Below the pieces are notes generated by a model that saw nothing but the letters and a program-made list of their open reading frames with translations, made no database searches and was not told where the DNA came from. DNA of 64,000 nt from Anthoceros angustus (lineage: Eukaryota > Plantae > Anthocerotophyta). The stretch covers positions 62,001 through 126,000 of the forward strand of contig MU008149.1 in assembly GCA_010909165.1 (NCBI GenBank). The letters are read 5' to 3'. Made by a program: the position numbers and the translations under genes. Positions within the stretch are counted from its first letter, which is position 1. Every line of letters starts with the position of its first letter. Of the stretch, positions 24,090 to 35,520 are shown one piece after another.

Positions 24090-27000
24090 TGAAATAACGG
24101 TGGGAGGCTGCGGTGGCGGTGGCGTCGCTCTCCCTGTCGTTTGATTCTACTTCCGTCGCGACTCAAGGTGGGACCACGTGCACGATGCCGATTTGCAAAT
24201 GAGGTTTACATGTATTGTCCATGCCGTCGGTGTGTGGAGACCTCTTCGGATTCAGCACACATCTCAAGGTCTGCTTATTTGCAGCACACGGGCCGGCGCT
24301 AAGGTCTGTGCCTTTCCGCACCAACATTCCACTTCCATATTTGCACTAATGTCGGTTTCGCGTGGCGCAAGTTGGTCATGGCGATGGCGGTGGCCTTGAG
24401 GCGTCTCGCACCCCGGACGGAATCGAGCTCGGTGGGTATGAAAGGGGGCGATGGCAATGGGGACCGACCATAGTGGCGGCTCGGATGGCGGCATAGAGGG
24501 GCGGAGCGGGTTGTGAAGACGAACCCGACATGCACTCCACGGCGACTTGCTAGAAGCAACGGATCATGCCCTCGGCGGACGCAGAAGAACCGTGCGCCGG
24601 GCGACGCCTTTATACCACTTTGAGGAAGGACTAAAAGCGAAAGAGAGGCTAAGCGCCACTCTATTGTTGTCGTGGCAAACCATGTATGACATGGCGTAAC
24701 GTGTGACCCTCTTAAAGCTCTTAAGTGTGGATTTTTGCCGATTCGAGCAACGAGAAGGACATGTACGAGGCCAAGTCATCTGCACCTATTTGGCCCCGGA
24801 TATGAGAAAATCCATGCTTGTGAGAAAATGCGTTACTGTTCGGTACGGGGCAACCATTGCCCAAAGTGTGGGGCCGCAGTTCGATGGGTTTGATGAGCGG
24901 GCGGGATTCCTCGGAAGGTCCTCGCATTTTCCCTTGAAACGCGCGCATGTTTGAATGGCGAAATAGCTCGATTGATGACTTGGTATGTCGGGAGGCAAAG
25001 CGAGAATGGGGACATGTCCATGATGGCGGATACCCGGCATGGAGGCACTAGATGCGATTGATGGTTTCGGCGATGAACCGAGGAACTTGAGGTTAGCATT
25101 ATCCACAGGCGGGTTCAACCCGTTTGGTACAGTCTGCAAACACGTCCATATGGCGGTTTTGGTATTTGTGCACAACATGCCACCAGGCGGCACAAGGACG
25201 CATGTCATCATGCCTCGATTGTGCGGGCGGGGATGGTTAAAAATTTCGATGTCTACATGGCACCGGTAGATGAACTCGAAGAGTTATGGAGGTGGACATG
25301 GAAGATTTCTCAATGCCGATAAACCATCCTAAGAGGCATTTCAGTTCTGTGATTACATCATTGCCGATTACCGGTTGGGGACCCTCACGGATTGCAAGTG
25401 AGAGGGGCCGCGGCGTGTGTCGATTCTTGGCGGACCTTGATTCTCGCTATTCCGAGATTTGAAAAGCCCGTTTATGTCGGATCGCGTCGGTGGCTACCGG
25501 CCAATGATGACGGTGGGAGGCTGCGGTGGCGGTGGCGTCGCTCTCCCTGTCTGTCGATTCCTACTTTTCGACTCGAGTGGGACGACGATGCCACGTTTTG
25601 CAAATGAGGTGTACATGTATTGTCCATGCCGTCGGTGTGTGGAGACCTCTTCGGATTCGGCACACATCTCAAGGCACCTTTGCGGCCTACGAACACGCGT
25701 GGCGGTAAGGTCTGTGCCTTTACAACATTCCACTTCCATATTTGCACTAATGTCGGATTTTCGCGTGGCGGCAAGTTCGGTCATGGACGATAGCGGTGGC
25801 CTTGAGGCGTTTGCAGACGGACGGAATCGAGCTCGGTGGGTGCGAAAGGGGAGCGGCGATGGCAATGGGGACCGACCATAGTGGCGGCTCGGAGGATGAC
25901 AAAGCATAGAGGGGCGGAGCGGGTTGTGAAGACGAACCCGACATGCACTCCTGGACGACTTGCTAGAAGCAACGGATCATGCCCTCGGCGGAGGAACGAA
26001 GAGAGCCGTGCTGCCGGCGCCTTTATACCACTTTCAGGAAGGACTAAAAGCGAAAGAGAGCAGGCTAAGCGCCACACTATTGTTGCTGTCGTGGCAAACC
26101 ATGTATGACATCAGTGACGTCGTATTAACAGCCTTCTTAAAGCTCTTAAGTGTGGATTTTTGCCGATTCGAGCGAGCTAGAAGGACATGTACGAGGCCAA
26201 GTCCTTACCTATTTGGCCCCGGATATGAGAAAATCCATGCTTGTGAGAAAATGCGTTACATTGTACGGGGCAACCATTGCCCAAAGTGTGGGACTTGGCA
26301 GTTCGAGGATGGGTTTGATGAGCAGGGGATTCCTCGGAAGGTCCTCGCATTTTCCCTTGAAACCACAACGCATGTTTGAATGGCGGAAATAGCTGATTGA
26401 TGACTTGGTATGTCGGGAGGCAAAGCGAGAATGGGGACATGTCCATGATGGCGGATACCCGGCATGGAGGCACTAGATGCGATTGATGGTTTCGGCGATG
26501 AACCGAGGAACTTGAGGTTAGCATTATCCACAGGCGGGTTCAACCCGTTTGGTACAGTCTGCAAACACGTCCATATGGCGGTTTTGGTATTTGTGCACAA
26601 CATGCCACCAGGCGGCACAAGGACGCATGTCATCATGCCTCGATTGTGCGGGCGGGGATGGTTAAAAATTTCGATGTCTACATGGCACCCCTGGTAGATG
26701 AACTCGAAGAGTTATGGAGGGGGGTGGACATGGAAGATTTCTCAATGCCGATAAACCATCCTAAGAGGCATTTCAGTTCTGTGTGATTACATCATTGCCG
26801 ATTACCCAGGGTTGGGGACCCTGACTGGATTGCAAGTGAGAGGGACGCGAGCGTGTGTCGATTGCTGGCTGGACCTTGATTCTCGCTATTCCAGAGATTT
26901 GAAAAAGCCCGTTTATGTCGGATCGCGTCGGTGGCTACCAGCTAATGACAGTGGACGGTGGGAGGATGCGGATTGGTTTGATGGACTGGCGGACCTCCGA

Positions 27001-30000
27001 TCCAAACCGAGGCCGCCAACGTTCGATGATATTGTGACGGATATGGCACGCAGAGAAGCTGCGACACTGCGACGTCCGTCGGTAGGCAACTTTGGAACCA
27101 GAGAATGTCGTCCTTGTTGAGTCACGCCATATTGGCGTCACATGCTTGTGTGGGCGCCAAAGGATGTGATGCACGTGGAAAAACAATGCGAGGCCATATG
27201 GCACACGACGGGAGGCGAGATGACATCGCGCATGGACATGGAAGCAAGCGGAGGAAAAGATGGTTGTGGCTGTAGGGTCGATGGCCAATACCCCAGCACG
27301 TCGTTTGTCCAAATCAGACTTGAAGACCGTGATTGAGGGCATTAAACGCATCAAGCTGCCCACAGGCTATGGGTCCAACATAGCAGCTAAGGTGGAAAGC
27401 GGGAAAGTTGGCAGCCTGAAGTGCCATGACTGGCACATTATGTTGGAAATCATATTCCCCATCGTCCTCCGGGGTGCATAGAGCCAGAGGTGTACAAGGC
27501 GGTTGTAAAGCTAGGACGCCTTTACCGGTGGATTTGCCGGGACGATCTGTCGGGACATCCAAGCACAGTGAAGAGGCGATGAGGGTAATGTGCTCTCGAA
27601 AGCAATTTCCCCTAAGATGTTTGATATATCAACCCACCTCATACTACACTTAGTGGACGAGGTGGCGCTTTGGGCCAGTTCACACTAGGTGGATGTACCC
27701 GTGGAGAGATATTTAGGATCCGAGGAAGCGGGCGACGGTAGCAGACCCGAGTCGAGATAGCGGTGGGGTACATGCGTGAGGAGAGTTTGCATTTCGGCAT
27801 GACATTTCTCCGCGTTATTACGCTCACGTGGGAGAAGCATGGGATGAGCGAGCGATGGGGAGAAGGTCTTTGGTGTCGGCCGTGCGTACATTATGGATGC
27901 CGTGGAGGCGAGCATACATATGTGCTATATCACGGAGGTGATGCGCTTTGGACATGTCTGAGGAAGAAGTGAGGACATACGGTGCAAGGAAGGTCGGCGG
28001 ACTTTCGACGGATATGGCACGGAGAAGCGACACTGCGACGTCCGTCGGTAGGCAACTTTGGAACCGGAGAATGTCGTCCTTGTTGAGTCACGCCATATTG
28101 GCGTCACATGCTTGTGTGGCGCCAAAGGATGTGATGCACGTGGAAAAAAACAATGCAGAGGCCATATGGCACACGACGGGAGAGCGAGATGACATTGCAT
28201 CGCGCATGGACATGGAAGCAAGCGGAGGGAAAAGATGGTTGTGGCCTGTAGGTGACGATGGCCAATACCCGCAGGCGCCATACGTTTTGTCCAAATCAGA
28301 CTTGAAGACCGTGATTGAGGGCATTAAACGCATCAAGCGCCCACGTGCTATGGGTCCAACATAGCTAAGGTGGAAAGCGGGAAAGTTGGCTGGCCATGAT
28401 CGCACATTATGTTGGAAATCATATTCCCCATCGTCTCCGGGGTGCATAGAGCCGAGGTGTACAAGGCGGTTGTAAAGCTAGGGCGCCTTCTGGTGGATTT
28501 GCCGGGACGATACCGAGTCGGGACATCCAAGCACAAGAGGTGAGGGTAATGTGCTCGAAAGCAATTTCCCCTAAGATGTTTGATATATCAACCCACCTCA
28601 TACTACACTTAGTGGACGAGGTGGCCGCTTTGGGCCCGATTCACACTAGGTGGATGTACCCGTGGAGAGATATTTAGGATCCGTGAAGAGCGGACTAAGG
28701 CGAGACCCGAGTCGAGATAGCGGTACATGCGTGAGGAGAGTTTGCATGACATTTCTCCGCCGTTATTACGCTCACGTGGGAGAAGCATGGATGAACGATA
28801 TGGGGAGAAGGTGCTGGGTGTCGGCCGTGCGTACATTATGGATGCCGTGGAGGCACAGCGCATACATATGTGCTATATCACACGGAGGTGATGCACGCTT
28901 GGACATGTACGAGGAAGAAGTGAGGACATACGGTGCAAGGGAAGGTCGGCGGACTTTCAGACACTGGATCCACGCAAGAAGGGCTATGAACGCATGGGAT
29001 GGGCATCCAGGCATGACCCATGAAGTGACCGCAATCATGGATGGCCCTGCGTTGCAAGCAGTGGCACATAGTCACATGTGGAACAAAGGCAGCCACCTCA
29101 GAACAGTGGAGGCAGACAAACGTCGCGGAGTACAAAGGATAGTGCGTGTCAAGTTTATCATGGGGACGGCGGCGACATTGAAGAGGAGCGTTCTACGGGC
29201 ACATAGAACAAATACTCGCTGCGGTTCTCGCAGGAGTATCAATTATTGAAGGTTAGATGGTACAGTGTCGGCCGGGAGGGACAAGGCCATCGATCGAAAG
29301 TCGTGGATTTGCCGGGACGATCGAGTCGGGACATCCAAGCACAGTGAAGAGGCGATGAGGGTAATGTGCTCTCTGGAAAAGCAATTTCCCCTAAGATGTT
29401 TGATATCTCAACCCACCTCATACTACACTTAGTGGACGAGGTGGCGCTTTGGGCCAGTTCACACTAGGTGGATGTACCGGTGGAGATATTTAGGATCCAG
29501 AAGCGATGGCTGACGGTAGCAGAGAGAGTCCGATAGCGGTGGGGTACATGCGTGAGGAGAGTTTGCATTTCGGCATGACATTTCTCCGCGTTACGCTCAC
29601 GTGGGAGAAGCATGGGGACGATGAGCGTATGGGGAGAAGGTCTTTGGTGTCGGCCGTGCACATTATGGATGCCGTGGAGGCGGACAGCGCATACATATGT
29701 GTATATCACACGGAGGTGATGCGTTCTTGGACATGTCTGAGGAAGAAGTGAGGACATACGGTGCAAGGAAGGTCGGCGGACTTTCAGACAGTGGATATAC
29801 GCAAGAAGGGCTATGAACGCATGGGATGGGCATCCTTGCATGACCCATGAAGTGACCGCAATCATGGATGGCCCTGCGTTGCAAGCAGTGGCACATAGCC
29901 ACATGTGGAACAAAGGCAGCCACCTCAGAACAGTGGAGGCGGACAAACGTCGCCGGAGTACAAAGGATAGTGCGTGTCAAGTTTATCATGGGGACGGTGG

Positions 30001-30250
30001 CGGCGACATTGAAGAGGCGCCCGTTCTACGGGCACATAGAGCAAATACTCCGCTGCAGTTCTCGCAGGAGTATCAATTTTGTTGAAGGTTAGATGAGTGC
30101 AGTGTCGGCCGGGAGGGACAAGGCCATCGAGGATTTGACATTGTAAACACGGAGAAAGTTTGCGTCTGGTGCGCTCAATCGATGGTCCGTTTGTGTGGCC
30201 ATCGCGGTGAATCGATGCATCGCATCCGGAGGCGATGGATGGTAACATAG
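24090..30250 (+). pseudogene. CACTA Tnp2/TnpD transposase, fragmented and present as overlapping tandem copies
   Basis: MYCPCRRC, YEKIHAC...CPKCG, IPRKVL, FGDEPRNLRLALSTGGFNPF, PLVDELEEL, VYVGSRRWLP, APYVLSK...IKLPTGYGSNI, LKCHDWHIMLE, RWMYP.ERYL and FYGHIEQI. These are the Transposase_21 and DUF4218/DUF4216-type motifs. Confidence 0.88.
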
Positions 30251-33200
30251 GGTGGCCATCGGTACCACGCCGAGGATGGAGGATGAGGAGGCGGGGAGGG
30301 AGGCATGGCGCGTGGCGGGTGGCCTAGGACGTCGAGGAGGGGCAACCTCCCGAAGTGAGCAAAGTAACCAACGTCTGCGCAAAACAACGTTGTCTTTAGT
30401 GGCGATTCGAGATGAAGGCGATGATTATCGGCATCAAGCATTGATGTGCGCTTCGGACTGCGCCCAATATGGGCAATATACTACATCTTTGTCGATGGCG
30501 TATGTGATTACGGTGGCGAGTGTGAGTGAGGACGTTGATCTCCGTGAAACAATAAATGTGACGGCCTACTTTGCAAACAAAGGCTTTCCATATGAAGAGC
30601 TTTGAATTTTGCGAGGGGCGACCATTGGCTTGGCAACTCGGGGAAGGGGCAAGCCAATGCCTTGACATGGGGCGATGGTGCCCGCGAGCAGGGCAATGGG
30701 CGAGGGCGCGGAACGGAGTTTGGAGACATCGTATACCGCTAGAGCACCACCATCGGCGGGCGTCGGCGCGTCGCCGACGCGCGCCGACGTCCGTGGTGGG
30801 TGGGGAGGATGAGAGGGCAAGCTCGGATCGGGCTATCTCGGTCATCCACCCGCACCCACTCCGATCCGAGGCAGCGCGCGCAAGAGCCACCTCGTCCACA
30901 AAGGGACACGAGAGTTGTGGGGAGAGTGGAAAATGGCAGACCAATGGCGGTTGAGGACATGACGTGGAACATCCGGCCCCGAGGCGGACTTGGAGCATTG
31001 CGTCCGTGGTTCAACGAAGTGGACGATGATGTTTTGCTGTCAAATGAGGTGGGTGGTTCGAGACTAGATTGACAACGTGTTGCCGTAGACACGTTGATGC
31101 AATTTGTTTGCGGACGTTGCGGTGCACCTTGGCATCTTGGTTCATGCAGGAGGACATATGGAGGCAGCCCATGGCAACACGGGAGGTGGTTGGCGACGAG
31201 GCACGGCGAAAGTGGGCGGGCGGCAACCCGTGTGGGGCGGGGGAGCCGGCGCGCCCGCGCCTGGATGAGGAATGGCGGCGATTCGAAGGGGAATGACAAG
31301 GGGAGGAGGCGGTGTGCACCGGCGGATGGATGGAGTGGTTTGTGAGGTGGACAACGATGCACGGTGACGCCTTGATAAAAAGGCATGGCGTGAAATGGTG
31401 AAGGAGGCAATGCAAAAACAAAGGACGAGGAGGAAGGAATCCGATGTTGTTCGGGGTCTCGAGCAAAGAACTGAAAGTGAGGACAAAGGTTGTGAATGAA
31501 CTGGGGTACATGGCAAGATGGCGCGACGTTCCGAGAGGGGAGAAGGCACGGTTAGTGAAATCGGTGTCGGAAGCCTTCCCCGACCTGGTGGTAAAGTCCA
31601 GCATAAGCCGACACTTCTCGCAGATGACTCGCACGCGCAATTCTCGTTGTGTGGAGGCCGCAAAGGCAGCGGCATTAGAGGAAAGGGAGCAGGAGGGGGG
31701 AGGAGCGGGTAAGAAGCCGAGCATGGTGGACGAGGAGAGTGGAAAATGGCGGTACCAATGGCGGTTGAGGACATGGAGCGTGGAACATCCGGCAGGCGGA
31801 CTTGGAGCATTGCGTCCGTGGTTCGAAGTGGATGATGATGTTTCTCAAATGAGGTGGGTGGTTCGAGACTAGATTGAAGAGCGTGTTCGATGTAGACACG
31901 TTGATGCAATTTGTTTCGCGTTGCGGTGCACCTTGGCATGGCGTTGTTCATGCGGGGAGGACATATGGAGGCAGCCCATGGCACGGGAGGTGGTGGCGGC
32001 TGCGAGGCAGCGAAAAGGCGTGGGCGGGCGGCAACCCGTGTGGGGCGGGGCCGGACTGCCGCGCCAAGCTGGATGAGGAATGGCGGCGACAATTCCGGGG
32101 AGGTGTGTGACAAGCGGGAGGCGGTGTGCTGGATCTTGATGGAGTGGTTTGTGAGGTGGACAACGATGCACGGTGGCGACCTTGATAAAAAGGCATGGCG
32201 TGAAATGGTGAAGGAGGCCTTGCAAAAACAAAGGACGAGGAGGAAGGGAATCCGATGTTGTTGGTCTAGGCAAGAAGCAAACTGCTGGAGTGAGGACAAA
32301 GGTTGTGAATGAGCAAGATGGCGCGACGTTAGAGGGAAAAAACGGTTAGTGAAATCGGTGTCGACGCCTTCCCGACCTGGTGGTAAAGTCCAGCATAAGC
32401 CGACACTTCTCGCATGACTCGCACGCGCAATTCTCGATGTGGAAGGCGCAAAGCGGCATTAGAGGAAAGGGACCGGAGGGAGGCGGGGAAGAAGCCGAGC
32501 ATGGTGGACGAGGAAGAGTGGGAAGATGCCTTGCACAGGCGCGGATTGAAGAGAAACGGAAGTTTGAGCCATCAAGTATGAACTTGCTAAGAGGTGGCCA
32601 AAACGGTGGATGGGGCCAAACCCTTGGGGAAAGGGAGGCGTCTGGATGGGTGGTTCGGTTTGAGAAGAAGCATGGTAGGTACCCAAGAGGAGGCAATATG
32701 GAGGCGAGGACGATCTCCATGCAACCTCTGTGGGGCGGTTCGCGATAAGGGCGGTTGTGGGTTCCTACAGGGTAAGACATGGAATACATGAAAACACCCG
32801 AGGTTCGAGGCTATTGCCGGAGAACAAGGGAAATGACTATTTTGTTGAATGACATGGAATTGGAGATGGATCCAGATCGGTGGCATTTAGACGAAGGATG
32901 GAAGGCAGGGCCGCCCGCTGCAGGAGGTGGTGGTGTGGATGTGGAGGGATAAGTAGGAGGACGGAGGAGTAGAATGCATTGGGGAGAGGAGGAGACAAAA
33001 ACAGATGGAAGGGAGGCGGGCTTGGTGAACCATGAAGGTGGGATGGTGCGGGTGGAAACAGTGCAGGCGGGAGGCTATCACGAGCAATGACATCGTGGTG
33101 CCGGCGACACGATCACCCGATGGTGATGGACCATGCATGCACGGTGATAGTGTGAATGAAGAGTGTGAGAAGATGTGTAGGAGAGGCGGCCACGTGCGGA

Positions 33201-35520
33201 CTCGGGTGGGGGTGCCGTCACCATCAAGTTGCCATGGCTAGTGGGAAGGGGAGGTGATGACAAGGGAGAGGAGGCGGTGTGCAGTGGATCGATGGAGTGG
33301 TTTGTGAGGTGGACAACGATGCACGGTGACCTTGATAAAAAGGCATGGCGTGAAATGGTGAAGGAGGCAATGCAAAAACAAAGGGCGAGGAGGAAGGGAA
33401 TCCGATGTTGTTCGGGGTCGAGAAGCTAGGCCTGAAAACTGTGAGGACAAAGGTTGTGAATGACGGGAACATGGCAAGATGGCGCGGCGTTAGAGAGAAG
33501 GCAGTTAGTGAAATCGGTGTCGGCCTTCCCGACACAGTGGTAAAGTCCGGCATAAGCCGACACTTCTCGAGATGACTCGCCGCGCAACTCGTTGTGTGGA
33601 GGCGCAAAGCGGCATTAGAGGAAAGGGAGAGGAGGAGGCGGGGAAGAAGCCGAGCATGGTGGACGAGGAGTGGGAAGATGCCTTGCACAGGCTCGGATGG
33701 ATGAAAGCAGGAAGTTTGAGCCATCAAGTATGAACTTGCTAAGAGGTGGCCAAAAGCGGTGGGATGGGGCCAAACCCTTGGGGAAAGGGAGGCGTGGATG
33801 GGTGCTTCGGTTTGAGAAGAAGCATGGTAGGTACCCAACCGAGGAATATGGGAGGTGAGGGATCTCCATGCAACCTCTGTGGCGGTTCGCGATAAGGGCG
33901 GTCTGCGGAGTTCATACGGGTAAGACATGGAATACATGAAAACACCCGAGGTTCGAGGCTATTAGGAGGACAAGGGAGATGACTATTTTGTTGAATGACA
34001 TGGAATTGGAGATGGATCCGGATCGGTGGCATTTAGGGGCGAAGGATGGAAGGCAGGCGCCACGGTGGGGAGGTGGTGGTGTGGATGGAGGGATAACTAG
34101 GAGGACGGTAGAATGCATTGGGGAGAGGAGAGACACTAGAGAATGGAGGGAGGCGGGCTTGGTGAACCATGAAGGTGGGATGGTGGTGGAAGCAGTGTCG
34201 GGCGGGAGGCTATCACGAGCAATGACATCGTGGTGCGACGACACCACGATCACCGATGGTGATGGACCATGCATGCACGGTGATAGTGTGAATGAAGAGT
34301 GTGAGAAGATGTAGGGAGAGGCGGCCACGTGCGGACACGGGTGGGGGTGCCGTCACCATCAAGTTGCCATGGCCGTGGGAAGAGGAGGACTTGGAATCAC
34401 CGTAGTGGCGGTTCACGAAGGAGGGTGTGTCAAGAGGGCAGCCTGGTAAAGGCGTGTGTTGGGAGGTGCCGTCATCGCCTAGTGACGGCGCACATTGTGG
34501 ACGGAGTTGGGGTCGAGGAGTGACGAGTGAAGACATGAGGGATGGAATTGGAGGCGGATGCTTACGGGAGAGGCAATTGTGTCGTCACCAAGGAACATGC
34601 ATGGGTCAGCGTGGGCTGCGAACAAATGGGGTGGGAGAGGGAGGGTGCCGTCATCGCCTAGTGACGGCGCACATTGTGGACGGAGTTGGGGTCGAGGAGG
34701 GAGGCGCGTGGCAGCCATGAGGGATGGAATTGGAGATGGATGCGATGGAAAGGGAGGCGTGTCGTCACCAAGGAACATGCATGGGTCAGCGTGGGCTGCG
34801 AACAAAGCAGGGGTGGGAGTGGGAGGAGGGGGTGCGGATCGAGGAGAGGTCCGCGAAGCCATGGTCGTGGTGGGGGCCAAAAGGCGCGTGGCAGCCATGA
34901 GGGTCGAGGGAGGGAGAAAGAGGCGGCAAAGGGGTACATGATGGCGCGTGCGAAGACAACGATGCGAGATGATGAGGCGGACGACATTGAGGCGTGCCTA
35001 ACCGTGCGGACACATACAGCACTCCGTGAAAGCATGGACCTCCACAGTGGGCCCCATTGGAGGCTCGCCACAGTGACAAAGGTGGAGGCCGAAGAGGAAA
35101 GCGGGGAGGTGCGGTGGAGGCATCGAGGGCCGTGTGACGAGGCGGGCAGCCACGGAAAGAGGAAGCGGGGAGGTGCGGTGGAGGCATCGGCGGGGCCGTG
35201 TGACGAGGCGGGCAGCCACAGTGAAGAGCGAGGATGGAAGGAGGCGGTCTGGGCAAGAGGTACATAAGAAACGGATGCGTCGGGAAGGTAAGCAATTGAA
35301 GGTCGTTGTGCACACCTATATCTGGACATGTCTTGAAGGGCATGCTGCGATGTATGTACCGTGGTGCGTGCGGAGGAAGGGAGATGGATGCGATGGAAAG
35401 GGAAAGGCGGTCGTGAATGACGCAAGAGGAAGGGAGGAAGAAAATCGCAAAGCAGGGGTTGTAGGAGGTTTCCTTCTCATGCATACGATGAGGAGTAGGA
35501 AATTAGAAATGATGAAGGGC
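30250..35520 (+). pseudogene. Second CACTA ORF (TnpA/Ptta-like) remnants, duplicated
   Basis: Lies downstream of Tnp2 on the same strand. It has repeated segments KKAWREMVKEAMQKQR, RLVKSVSEAFPDLVVK and LLRGG...RFEKKHGRYP.EE. The assignment rests mainly on position and the last motif. Confidence 0.5.
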
